Shown here: piece after piece, positions 53,980 through 63,765 of the stretch
Layout: each line of letters begins with the position of its first letter
How positions within the stretch are numbered: position 1 is the first letter of the stretch
IMG/VR virus record: IMGVR_UViG_3300033463_000061
Location: 27,112-91,111 of that record
Reading direction: 5' to 3' (one strand)
From: a virus
Lineage: Duplodnaviria; Caudoviricetes
DNA length: 64,000 bases
Notes under the pieces: model-generated
Seen by the model: the letters and a program-made list of their open reading frames with translations, nothing else
The model's database searches: none
What the model was told of the DNA's origin: nothing
Translations under genes and position numbers: made by a program

Positions 53980-54785
53980 TAACCACCCTTGCAGACCAGT
54001 ACCTGGCCCAGAATGCCGGCAGGCGGTATCCGCTCGCAGACGATGCCGGCTACGACGATGTGGTCGACGACAGCGCGATACTGGACTTTCGCTGTACGGT
54101 GCGCGGCGTACCCGCAGGGACATGCCCGCGCGCGTACATCACCTCGATAGCCGGTACGTCGGGCAAGACCGTGACCGTCCTGGTCGTCAGGCAGGGCGGC
54201 AACGACGTCCTGAGCTTCTACATACCGAGCAACATCGCAACCAACGCCACGTACACGACTACGGCCACTAACAGCACGACGAAAGCGGAAGGCGTCATTA
54301 CGGTGTCAGCGTCAGTGCTTGCGCTGGCTGCCGTCTCCAACAAGAGGATCCCGCTCGCGTGGTCTACCGTAATATGCGACTCGCTGAAGGTACACAGCAT
54401 ACGGTCTGCCCAGGAGACAGAAGACGCGACCGACGACACCGACCCGCAGGGGCAATCGCCGACTGCGGAGCTGTCAGGGGAGATCGTACTGGCCGAAGGC
54501 CGCAACACCGAACCATACCTGGACGGGAACCGGCTGCGCGTCGACATCGTAAAGGGCGGAGGCCTGGGAGAACGCTGCCAGTCGGCCGTGTCGGGCGGAC
54601 AGAGATGCGGAACTGTCCTGTTCACGATAAACGGCGAACACCCGGGCTCTGACGGCGACGTCAAAATAGTCGGGGACGACGGTGTGTCGGTCATCCCCGT
54701 CCCGGACGAGCACGCGATCGAGATCCGGATGGACGAGGTGGCGGCAGACCGCGTCGCAGACGAATGCGCGAAGACATGCGAATGA
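53976..54785 (+). CDS. Putative virion protein, paralog 5
   Basis: QYLAQNAGRRYPL; LFTINGEHPGSDG. Confidence 0.75.
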   Translation: MITTLADQYLAQNAGRRYPLADDAGYDDVVDDSAILDFRCTVRGVPAGTCPRAYITSIAGTSGKTVTVLVVRQGGNDVLSFYIPSNIATNATYTTTATNSTTKAEGVITVSASVLALAAVSNKRIPLAWSTVICDSLKVHSIRSAQETEDATDDTDPQGQSPTAELSGEIVLAEGRNTEPYLDGNRLRVDIVKGGGLGERCQSAVSGGQRCGTVLFTINGEHPGSDGDVKIVGDDGVSVIPVPDEHAIEIRMDEVAADRVADECAKTCE

Positions 54786-54810
54786 CGAACAACAACAGGA
54801 GGCACCGGAG

Positions 54811-56865
54811 ATGAGCAGCGCAACAGGAGTTCGGTTCGGAAACGGGACATGCTCGACCATAACGGTCGAGCCGTTCACGCCTATATGCTCAAAACCCGCC
54901 GTAGCCGGCTCGACTCCGCTGACGCTAGACGTTCCGGTGCCGTCATTCACGCCTGTGGTCCCCCCGCAGGAATGCGTCTGCTTCACCTTCACCGACACGG
55001 CGAAGCCGGCAACGGTCACAATACACCCCGGACCGGGACATACACCAGGCGGAACCGCGTCCGTCACGATCAAGACACCGGACGACGCAGACTGCTGTAA
55101 CGGGGTCTACGAAGTAACCCCGACTATCACGATAGACATCCCGGAGTGCCTCATACCCAACGGAACGATAATAACCGAAAAGACTGTTCCGCTCGGCGAG
55201 AACGGCAATGGCTCGATTACGTACAAGCTTACAATGCAGGACTGCCGCCCGCAGCTCGAGATAAAGACAGTGCCGTTCAAGATCCCGACAATAGGCGGAG
55301 GGGGCATGTGCCTGGCCAACACCGACATCAGCCTGGGCGCAAAGTACCAGGACAGTTCGGGCAACTGGCATACCACCAACTCGATTACCATAAACGGGAC
55401 TGTCGGGACAGACACGCAGTCAGGATGCCCGAAATACGAGTTTGAAGACGGCGTCATAGACATGACAGGCCTCTTCCCGGGCTTCGACAACGGAGGTGAC
55501 GTCAACGAAATCGGCGGCATGCTCTTCATAAACGGGGAGGTCGACGAAAACCTGCCGGCATTCTACGGCGGCGGCTACGGCGACTGGAGGGCAGACGGAG
55601 GAACATACGGCGGCGACGATTCATTCTGCCGTGGGCCGCTTATGCGGTACAAGTCAACCCAGGCAACAGACCCGTCGCCTGTCCTCGCCGCCCCAGTGAA
55701 AAGCTACCCGGTGCCTGTCTCGCCCGTGGAGACATACTTCGCCTACGTAGACGACGACGGATGGAGCCAAGAGCAGAAATGGTCAAGCTCACGCGCAGAG
55801 CCGTGTGCGTCGGACGCAGACGCGACCTGCCGCGCTATGAGCGGGAACCTCGACATGATCTGGCCTACCGGCGTTCAGTGGCACACCGACGGGCTAAGCC
55901 TGGCGTTGCCACTTACCGAGTTCCTGTTCAACGACGCAGGCATTCTCAGCGAAGCACAAGAGAAGCAGGTCGCGGCGCTCGTCTCGCCGGGACCGGCTAC
56001 CACTAAGCAGTACAGCGAAACCAGGGCATACAACAACAGAAACATCACCTTGAGTCTGGATGCCGGCAAGAACGCGAGTGGACTAATCTCTCGCCCTGGA
56101 ACGGCGAATAGCGAGAACTCGAAAATACTCGACGGCCTTCGCGTTAACGCCGGACGCGGCCTCCACATATACGGCGTGCTCGAGCCAAAGGACTACGAGA
56201 CGTGCGAACTCGGGGAGCACAACAACACCACGGACTACGACGCCAGCAGGCAGGGCGCACTCGAGCTGTATGCGAACATCGGATACAGGAAAGGCGACTT
56301 GGGCGACTTCCTGTTCGACTGGGACGGGCGGCTTGTCATAAACGACAGCGCAAGCAACGCATTCAACACTGGGACGAGTGACGACGAGATATGGACATGC
56401 CCGTACTTCGTGTCAGGGCATGGCACGAATGCGTATCTCGACTCGTACAAGCGCGACCACGACTGCACAGTGTCTGTCGTCGCCGCAAACTACCGCTACG
56501 GGGAGGGAGAAGCAGCGGGGTATGAGGACAACTTCGACGTAGCCGCCTACTGGGCCAAAGGCAACGACCAAAACGCAGCATGGCAGGTACGCACGGGGCA
56601 GACCTACGCCGTGCTGACCAGGGCGGCGAACTCAATCCGCGACGGCAACGGAAACTGGCTTGAGCCCAGTGCATCCTCGTCGGCCATACACACGGGCGTC
56701 CTGCGCTCGCTGCAAGACCTGATCTGGGCCGTAGAGCTTATAAACGAAACGCTCGGGACGCTCTCGATCACGCAGCTCCACTTTGCGAAAGCAGGCGTAC
56801 TTATGGGCGCCGACGTAAAGGAAGACTGCCAACACATCGACCGGAACTACAGGCCGAATCCCTAG
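54811..56865 (+). CDS. Cys/Thr/Gly-rich putative tail fibre or receptor-binding protein
   Basis: Composition and position at the end of the structural operon; GGAGG RBS. Confidence 0.6.
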   Translation: MSSATGVRFGNGTCSTITVEPFTPICSKPAVAGSTPLTLDVPVPSFTPVVPPQECVCFTFTDTAKPATVTIHPGPGHTPGGTASVTIKTPDDADCCNGVYEVTPTITIDIPECLIPNGTIITEKTVPLGENGNGSITYKLTMQDCRPQLEIKTVPFKIPTIGGGGMCLANTDISLGAKYQDSSGNWHTTNSITINGTVGTDTQSGCPKYEFEDGVIDMTGLFPGFDNGGDVNEIGGMLFINGEVDENLPAFYGGGYGDWRADGGTYGGDDSFCRGPLMRYKSTQATDPSPVLAAPVKSYPVPVSPVETYFAYVDDDGWSQEQKWSSSRAEPCASDADATCRAMSGNLDMIWPTGVQWHTDGLSLALPLTEFLFNDAGILSEAQEKQVAALVSPGPATTKQYSETRAYNNRNITLSLDAGKNASGLISRPGTANSENSKILDGLRVNAGRGLHIYGVLEPKDYETCELGEHNNTTDYDASRQGALELYANIGYRKGDLGDFLFDWDGRLVINDSASNAFNTGTSDDEIWTCPYFVSGHGTNAYLDSYKRDHDCTVSVVAANYRYGEGEAAGYEDNFDVAAYWAKGNDQNAAWQVRTGQTYAVLTRAANSIRDGNGNWLEPSASSSAIHTGVLRSLQDLIWAVELINETLGTLSITQLHFAKAGVLMGADVKEDCQHIDRNYRPNP

Positions 56866-57273
56866 TTAACGCTGCAGGGCCGTTACAAGATCGCGGGCAG
56901 TCTCGTACATAAGATCCGGATTGCGGAACAGCAGCTCTACAGAACCTACGCGGTAGTACGGCACGTTCCGCTCCATGTCCGGCTCGTCAACCGGGATTTC
57001 GTCTTCGTCAAGCTCGTCAGCCACGCATACAAACTCGTCGCGGGGGGACCCGTCCTCCATGGGAGCCCCCTTTGTCGCCCGCTGGTACACGAAGACGTTC
57101 GGACTGCAGCCTTCGGCCGATACAACGCGCATCGCAAGGCGGTGCATGGGCGTAGGCCGGTTGTTGCACCCGGCGCCGCGCGGCGTATACGTGATCTCGA
57201 CAACAATCTTGCCGTCGCCTCGAGTGACCTCGTGCGTCTCGGTCCTGTCTCCTTTAGCCGTCGTGTCCACCAT
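56866..57273 (-). CDS. Hypothetical (tail/baseplate-associated) protein
   Basis: GGAGG RBS; last gene of the baseplate operon. Confidence 0.65.
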   Translation of the reverse strand: MVDTTAKGDRTETHEVTRGDGKIVVEITYTPRGAGCNNRPTPMHRLAMRVVSAEGCSPNVFVYQRATKGAPMEDGSPRDEFVCVADELDEDEIPVDEPDMERNVPYYRVGSVELLFRNPDLMYETARDLVTALQR

Positions 57274-57274
57274 A

Positions 57275-59566
57275 TCAGGCCTCCTTTGCCGCTACAAGAT
57301 TCCAACGCAGGCTCAAGAAGCCGATTGCGCCCTCGTACGGATTGACTGTCGAGCCTGTCGGGAGGCCGCACCGCTCTATCGAGATCCCGACGAAGTAACC
57401 GGGATAGACCTTCATCCGTACGCTGCTCGACGTGCCAAGCCACAGCGCACTGTCGCTCGCACGCTGGTTGGCGATATCCGCAAGAACAAGATCTCCGGGA
57501 CCGGCACCGGCCGCCTTGCCGAAACCGTGCAGAAGCAACGGGTTAAACGCCGCATACCCTAACTTGAACGGGACATACACAGTCGGAGCGTACTCTGTCG
57601 CAACGTCGTCTATGCTATTGTCGAAGTCTACAGACGCAGGCGCGTCATCGGAGCAGGCCCTGTCCGCAAGCATATAACTCCTGAGCCTGAACGCGGCTGA
57701 CCTGTCCCGGTCAGGGGCCGCCTCCCCGAACACAGACGCCGATACCACAACATAATACCCGTTGGCATTATACGGAATGTGGTCCGGAACGCGGAACTTG
57801 GCCGTGAAGCCGGAGTCAACGTTCGTACCGCTGCTCGCCCATCGCAGGAGCTTCGTATACGGAAACACCCCGCCGGCAAGATCCTGTTTCGCGTTCTTGA
57901 GCGCGATCGTCTCGAAATCGCCTGCATACACTGCATTGGACGCCGAAAGCGTTACTATACCCTGCTGGTTATTGGCAGACAAGCCAGGGCCGGCAACGAT
58001 CTTCTCGACGACGGGCCCCGTGACGAACGTGCTGCCGACGATCTTCTTGACCACCTCGCTGCCTTCCGCGCCGCCGCTAGTCGACTTGAAGTCAATATCG
58101 AGGCCGACCTGCAGCGCGCCTTGGACTGCGTTCGCGCCGGTCTGGGCGCTTGTGACCTTCAGCGGGGATCCGGGTGCGGCCTGCAGGGACGTGACAAAGC
58201 CGGTCGGACCGACGCGCATGCGGTTGACGTGCAATATGACCGAACGAGGAGTCGCAGCAACCACAGACGCGGTGCTGTCATGCAGGAACGGCGCAGTAGG
58301 CGTTATCCCGTCCCCTACGGTGGCGCATCCGTACCACAGGAGCCACGGACCGCCGGTGATGATATCGGCCGGGACAATCTCCCACTGCTTGTCTTGGCCG
58401 AACGCGGCACCGCGCACTTCAACGCCTCCGACGACAAGTGCAGCCCCATTCACGGGACTCGGCGGGATATACGACGCCAACTCCGGATATGCGCTGAGGT
58501 TGAGGGCGAAACCGGCGTCAGTGTTCCTCCACGCCCGGGCAGCCACCGGCATTGCAAGTGTCCATACGTCCCCGATGAGCTCCTTCGGGACAGTACCCGA
58601 CGTGCGCCGGTAGATCTGCACCTTGAGTCCGTGGACTCCGACAGTTGCGATTGCAGTGTGCGTATCGGCGCCAGTAAGTGCAGAAAGCCCAATGGTCCCG
58701 CTCCCGTCTGCCGTATCGGACGAGCTCCACTCGATGTAGTACTTAGACCAATCAGACCAGACCGACGAGCTGGCGTCAGTCCCGGGCTGAATCGTCGACT
58801 TCACCGTCAGCGTGTACGTGACGCCCTGCGCTCCGTTCCACGTGCCGAGGACGAGCGCAACCAGCTTGTTCGGCAGCGTGCTTCCCACAGTCGTGTTGTC
58901 CGGGAAGATGTTAGTCGCGCTGATCCTCGTCCCCTTCATCGAGTAGCCACCCATCGACATCCCGCTGAGCACAAACGAGCGGTGGACGTGCGACTCGCCG
59001 GTGTCCCGGTACTGCGGGTTCACGAGCATGCTCACGATCTTACCGCCCCTGATCTCGCAGTCGCAGACGTAGATGATCGGACCTACCGGGGCGGCCGTCA
59101 GCTTTCCGGCCTGCTGCGCCAAGAAGTACCGCCCGCTCGTCGGATTGGCGTCGACTATGACATCCTCGACTGCTATGCCATCCCCGAACGAGACATACCC
59201 GTTGAGGACAACCATGGCGGTAGACCCGACCGGCGTGCTGCCGACGATGCCAACCGCCATCGCCTGGTGGTCGGCCCAGAACCACTTGCTGGTGCTGACG
59301 TCACCGACTACCGCTGCCGCCAGGGCATAGGAATTACCGTTATACCTGTAGACCGGCTGCCCGAGAGCCGGCAGCGGGGACGAATCTCCCTCGCCCCTCG
59401 ACAACTCGGCACTCGCGATGGCCACATTTGAGTTGCCGGCCGCGGCCTCCACAAGCCGCCGCAGGTACTCTGTACGCGCCGCAAGCTGCTCGATGGGGGT
59501 GTTGAGCGTCTTGGCGTCAAGCGAGTCGACGCCGTCCTCGAATGTCTTTACGTTCTGCCACACCAT
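57275..59566 (-). CDS. Putative tail fibre/baseplate protein
   Basis: N-terminal DG..LDA..LN.PI.QLA.RT.YL fibre-attachment-like motif; beta-rich body. Confidence 0.65.
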   Translation of the reverse strand: MVWQNVKTFEDGVDSLDAKTLNTPIEQLAARTEYLRRLVEAAAGNSNVAIASAELSRGEGDSSPLPALGQPVYRYNGNSYALAAAVVGDVSTSKWFWADHQAMAVGIVGSTPVGSTAMVVLNGYVSFGDGIAVEDVIVDANPTSGRYFLAQQAGKLTAAPVGPIIYVCDCEIRGGKIVSMLVNPQYRDTGESHVHRSFVLSGMSMGGYSMKGTRISATNIFPDNTTVGSTLPNKLVALVLGTWNGAQGVTYTLTVKSTIQPGTDASSSVWSDWSKYYIEWSSSDTADGSGTIGLSALTGADTHTAIATVGVHGLKVQIYRRTSGTVPKELIGDVWTLAMPVAARAWRNTDAGFALNLSAYPELASYIPPSPVNGAALVVGGVEVRGAAFGQDKQWEIVPADIITGGPWLLWYGCATVGDGITPTAPFLHDSTASVVAATPRSVILHVNRMRVGPTGFVTSLQAAPGSPLKVTSAQTGANAVQGALQVGLDIDFKSTSGGAEGSEVVKKIVGSTFVTGPVVEKIVAGPGLSANNQQGIVTLSASNAVYAGDFETIALKNAKQDLAGGVFPYTKLLRWASSGTNVDSGFTAKFRVPDHIPYNANGYYVVVSASVFGEAAPDRDRSAAFRLRSYMLADRACSDDAPASVDFDNSIDDVATEYAPTVYVPFKLGYAAFNPLLLHGFGKAAGAGPGDLVLADIANQRASDSALWLGTSSSVRMKVYPGYFVGISIERCGLPTGSTVNPYEGAIGFLSLRWNLVAAKEA

Positions 59567-59577
59567 GGCGCACCTCC

Positions 59578-60123
59578 TTAGTCGAACTCAACAGTCCATG
59601 CCGCGGCGATGGCGTAGCTGCTGGTACGCTGAACCGCGGTCGTCAGTTTCTTGACCGCCAGCACGCGTCCAGCCGCGTCCTTCAGCAGGAAACCGTAGAT
59701 GTACGCCGACCCGGTGTTGTCCTGCGTCATCGCCCTGAAAGTGACCTTGTTGCCGCTATAATGGCTCGTCGCGTCGGGATCCGCGGCAATCTCGGCGGAA
59801 GTCGGGGGCGTGGCGTCGAACCTGTAGCCGGACTCGATCGGCACGTCCTCGACCGTCAGCGCGCTGCCGACAAGCTCGGCCTGCGTCTTTGTCTTCCGGC
59901 CGTCAGTTACGTCAAAGGCCGCACCGAGCCCCGAGTCGTGCGCCTTTACGAAGCCGATAGTAGTCGGCCTGTAGGACGCCTCGCCGGCAAACAGCCGCGC
60001 GACGGCGTCTGCGCAGCCGTACAGCAGCGTGTTGTGCCCGCTGTCTACGATGCTCCTCGTGCCGTCTGGCGCCACGACGGCGACCTCTACGTGTCCGTGC
60101 GACTTGATGCTGTCCATCGTCAT
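59578..60123 (-). CDS. Putative baseplate/tail-fibre attachment protein
   Basis: GHVEV...GHN; C-terminal WTVEF; operon context. Confidence 0.55.
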   Translation of the reverse strand: MTMDSIKSHGHVEVAVVAPDGTRSIVDSGHNTLLYGCADAVARLFAGEASYRPTTIGFVKAHDSGLGAAFDVTDGRKTKTQAELVGSALTVEDVPIESGYRFDATPPTSAEIAADPDATSHYSGNKVTFRAMTQDNTGSAYIYGFLLKDAAGRVLAVKKLTTAVQRTSSYAIAAAWTVEFD

Positions 60124-61655
60124 ACCTCCGTTGGTGTGGACGGAACGAACATAAACGATACGCTATCGCCCGCTGCGTCCATTGTAGATGAGAAAAACGT
60201 ACTGCTGTTGTACCGCACGCGCTGTGCGGTCGCGTCGTCGGCCATGGTCATTGCGTCTGCGCCCGTCTCGTCGGCCTGCACGTCTAGTACGACGAGAAGA
60301 GACGCGAACGAAGGCACAAGCCTGCCGAGGAACGGCAGAACCAGCTCGGCACACGAACCGGCCGCCGGGAGCCTCGTCGTATAGACGAGTATCATGTTTG
60401 CCAGCACGACAGGGCCTATGTCGCGCAACGGGTCAACAGTAGCGTTGTCCCCGCGCAGTCTGTCGTAGAGCGCGTTACGCTCTGGCTCGGTTGTACGGGA
60501 GAACACCGCACGCCAGAACGGCGAGTCGGCCGTGTCCCCGTCGCTCAGCTTGAACCAGCCGCCGCTCTCCCTGCCGCGGTCTCCGGCCGCTATGACGACC
60601 GCCTCGTCGACGCCGGCCACGCTACCAGGCGGCAGCGAGACGCGGACAAGGCGCGCGTCAGCCCTGAGCTGCTCGAGGTCTGTGGCCGAAACGCCCCAGT
60701 GCACGGCGATCTCGTCAGTAAGAAACGTGCCTTTCTTCAGCGTCGCCCCGACACTCGCCCTGACCCTGTCGGACAGCCTCGACTTCTCGATGCAGTATAC
60801 CCTGTCGTCAGTGACGACAAGGCAGTCGTCTCCGTCGTCAGTGATGGCCTCTACGGTCGTATCGCAGGCGACTACCGGAACGTCGAAAACAGCCCCGAGC
60901 ACCTTGTTGAGGGTAATCGGCGTAAGGCCGAGCGTTACCGCGTCCCACAAGGCGGATAGCGCGCCCGACGCGGTCTCGGTGGAGGGCGCGTACAGCCCGA
61001 GCGGATAGCCGAGGAAGTCGGAGACGTTGTCGTTGTCGAGTTCGGCGTCACAGGCCCACAGCACGGCCACCTTGTCGTCGCCGTCGTCCAGGACGAGATA
61101 CCCGTCAGAGTCAAAAGGATCCTGCTCTTTACGCACTGCAAGTACGCCACGCTCGATCGAGAAATCCCTGCCCTGCGACAGCACGTGCCGGGGGGACGCG
61201 ATGGAATCGCACAGCGCCGTGGCGACCTTGACAAGCGGGCGGCTGTCGGGCCTCTCGATCGGATAGGTGTTGACCTTACTGTAGAGCGGGTTTCCGCCTA
61301 CAACGAAGACCTCGTCCGGCAGATATACGCTTCCGCTCGACGGCTGCGCTCCGACAACAGGCGTGTCCGGCATCCCCACCGTCATGACGCTCGCCTTGTT
61401 GCGCTGGGACAGCCTGATGACAAGCGGATGCCAGTGCTCGCGGTGGAATACGGGAGAACCCGCGTGGTCGCGCAGGCTGAGTGCCTCCATCACGTCGACA
61501 TAGAGCTGCCCTGCCGCAAGCACGCGTGCGGCAAGCAGCGCGTCGACGAGCTCCTGGTCCCGGAAGACCGAAGACCAAAACGCGCCGAGAGCACCCTTCA
61601 CCGACGAAACGGCCCCGTCGTGAAAACCGTTCGGTATTGTCGTGTCGTGCCTCAT
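60120..61655 (-). CDS. Putative baseplate wedge protein
   Basis: Directly downstream of baseplate J-like gene; LG.FW N-terminus. Confidence 0.55.
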   Translation of the reverse strand: MRHDTTIPNGFHDGAVSSVKGALGAFWSSVFRDQELVDALLAARVLAAGQLYVDVMEALSLRDHAGSPVFHREHWHPLVIRLSQRNKASVMTVGMPDTPVVGAQPSSGSVYLPDEVFVVGGNPLYSKVNTYPIERPDSRPLVKVATALCDSIASPRHVLSQGRDFSIERGVLAVRKEQDPFDSDGYLVLDDGDDKVAVLWACDAELDNDNVSDFLGYPLGLYAPSTETASGALSALWDAVTLGLTPITLNKVLGAVFDVPVVACDTTVEAITDDGDDCLVVTDDRVYCIEKSRLSDRVRASVGATLKKGTFLTDEIAVHWGVSATDLEQLRADARLVRVSLPPGSVAGVDEAVVIAAGDRGRESGGWFKLSDGDTADSPFWRAVFSRTTEPERNALYDRLRGDNATVDPLRDIGPVVLANMILVYTTRLPAAGSCAELVLPFLGRLVPSFASLLVVLDVQADETGADAMTMADDATAQRVRYNSSTFFSSTMDAAGDSVSFMFVPSTPTEV

Positions 61656-63262
61656 ATCGCGCTAGACCCCGTTCCTATGCTGACCTGTATGGCCCCGAGC
61701 TCAGCAGCAAACACGACAGTCCCGGCCGAGATCATGGCCTGCTCTGGCCCTATCTGCGACACGTCAAGGGCATCGCCGTCAATGTAGTACCATACTCCGT
61801 CTGCGCCGCAGATGCGGCCGGCGAGCCGCATGCCGGAGTCGCCCATGTTAACGCTCTCAGCGCCGTGCTGGATGAGTACGTTGGCAAGCTCCGACCGAGT
61901 AAGGCGTCCGGTGAAACTCCTGCTGTTGATGTAGTCCATCACCGCCTTCTCGAGACTCTCCTCCGTCGCAGACGACCCGGCTTTCAGACGCAGCGGTGCT
62001 GTCATGCTCACCAGGCAGATCGCAGGGCTGCGGACGATGTAGTCTGCCGCGACATTGCGCACTTCCGGGGAATCAACGAGCTCCTGGAGCGCCTTTATGC
62101 CGTCCGTCCAGTAAAGATCAACCTTGAACGCCCTCGACGCGCCGTAGCTGGCGTCATAGTCGGCGTAGACGAGGATAACGCCGTCCTGGTACGCGGACCA
62201 CGCCGTCTCGCACGCGTTTACGCAGTCATGCTCCTCAGACGCGCCAGCCACCATACCGCGCACAAGCTCATACTGGAACGAGCCCTGGCGCCCGGGGTCC
62301 TCCGCAGGGCCGACGTAGCGTACGGCGTAGAACCCGGGATATGCAGGAAGCACAATCCTGTACGTGCCTGTTCCGGCCGTGCTGTCGTGCTCGACTAGCG
62401 TACCGTCTACGACAAACGACTCTACGCCCGGAATGTCGAACAGGCGCGCATACACGTCTACGCGACCGCCTACCGCGACGCCGAGCGGGTTGTGCTTGTC
62501 GCGCAGCTGGGCCCTCTCTCGGTGCCCGACGCAGGAAACGGCGCGCAGCACTGACGGATCGGCCAACGACGCCGACAGCTGCGCCCGCACGCTCAGCGAG
62601 TTGGTCATGCCCCTGTAGGCGAGCGCAGCGGGAATGCGGGCAACGGCCGACGCAATGCTCTCTCCGTCCTCTCCGCCGGAGAAGTCCGAAAAAGCCTCTG
62701 ACGAATAGTAGTTGCCTATGATTATCGAGCACTCGAGGGACCGGCCCTGCCGTATGTTGCCGGCAGACCCTACCTCCTCCGCCTCGACAGGTACCGTGAA
62801 ATAGTACTTGCCGCCAGTCGCCGGGCGTATCTCCTCCTCGCCGACTGCCGGATCAACCGATGCGACTGTTGTCTTGGACGCGACGAACTTAACCCCGTCC
62901 TCGGTCTTGAACTCTACGCCGGCGCGCACGGTCACAGACGCGGTACCGGTGAGGTTGACGCGAACAAGGCCGGTGGCCTTCGTACCGCCCCCAAGCTCAA
63001 TCCCGAAATTCGACAGGACCGCCTCTGCGTCGGCGCGCGGCACTGACGCCTCGCGCGACATGGCCCTGAGAGACATCGCCGTGCGGAGCCTGTTAACCAC
63101 GTCGCGCTGTGTCGCGTCAAGCAGGGCGCCCGGCTCGATTACAAGCGCGCGGACAGCCGTACCAGACCGCAGGTCGAGGTCTGGGTGCTCGGCACGGACG
63201 GTGTCGACCGCGGCCTTGACGGCCGTATTGTAGGCATCCTTCGTAAGTTCTGCTGTCGTCAT
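61652..63262 (-). CDS. Baseplate J-like protein
   Basis: PDLDLRSGTAVRAL; G.KATG.V; VEAEEVGSAGNI; FSGGEDGES; GGRVDVY. Confidence 0.8.
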   Translation of the reverse strand: MTTAELTKDAYNTAVKAAVDTVRAEHPDLDLRSGTAVRALVIEPGALLDATQRDVVNRLRTAMSLRAMSREASVPRADAEAVLSNFGIELGGGTKATGLVRVNLTGTASVTVRAGVEFKTEDGVKFVASKTTVASVDPAVGEEEIRPATGGKYYFTVPVEAEEVGSAGNIRQGRSLECSIIIGNYYSSEAFSDFSGGEDGESIASAVARIPAALAYRGMTNSLSVRAQLSASLADPSVLRAVSCVGHRERAQLRDKHNPLGVAVGGRVDVYARLFDIPGVESFVVDGTLVEHDSTAGTGTYRIVLPAYPGFYAVRYVGPAEDPGRQGSFQYELVRGMVAGASEEHDCVNACETAWSAYQDGVILVYADYDASYGASRAFKVDLYWTDGIKALQELVDSPEVRNVAADYIVRSPAICLVSMTAPLRLKAGSSATEESLEKAVMDYINSRSFTGRLTRSELANVLIQHGAESVNMGDSGMRLAGRICGADGVWYYIDGDALDVSQIGPEQAMISAGTVVFAAELGAIQVSIGTGSSAI

Positions 63263-63270
63263 CTCTATAC

Positions 63271-63765
63271 CTATCCCTTGCTTGTGCTGACCGGAAGCAC
63301 GTAGGCGTAGTCCGAGCCGGCCGCCGTCCGGAACACAAGCGACAGCCCGAGTGTCGAAGTGGCGTAGTCGACGGTGATGCCGTCGAGCTCAACCGACGTT
63401 ATGCGCTCGTCGTCGACAGTGTCTCCGAACATTTGAGTATTATAGTCGTCCCGCCGTATAATGTCAAGGGCGACCGCGCTCGCGGTGTTGAATAGATGCC
63501 GAAGATACCCCATGTTCGACACAGTGCCCGCGCGGAGCGCGTCTAGCAGCATATTGTCGTCCTCATCCGGGAACGGAACGGACGACGACGGCGTGAGCAG
63601 CAGCGTCACGTACCGCTGTATGACCTTCTGCATGCCGGTAACGCGGCGAGAAGTGCCGTCTACCGCCGTGAGCGACAGCTCGGTCACGCCAGCCGGCTCG
63701 CCTATGGTCTGCAGGCACTCAAGGTCGACCTGCCTGCCCGTATAGTCCCTCGTGACGCCCGTCAT
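63271..63765 (-). CDS. gp25-like baseplate wedge/sheath initiator protein
   Basis: TG.QKVIQRY..LLLT..S; DDERI..VEL; upstream of baseplate J. Confidence 0.6.
   Translation of the reverse strand: MTGVTRDYTGRQVDLECLQTIGEPAGVTELSLTAVDGTSRRVTGMQKVIQRYVTLLLTPSSSVPFPDEDDNMLLDALRAGTVSNMGYLRHLFNTASAVALDIIRRDDYNTQMFGDTVDDERITSVELDGITVDYATSTLGLSLVFRTAAGSDYAYVLPVSTSKG

Noticed and set aside
50370-54811. Long N-terminal extensions given by the ORF track (50370, 51770, 52567, 54682)
   Set aside because: They overlap upstream genes out of frame; the shared N-terminal motif, stop-start coupling and RBS positions define later starts
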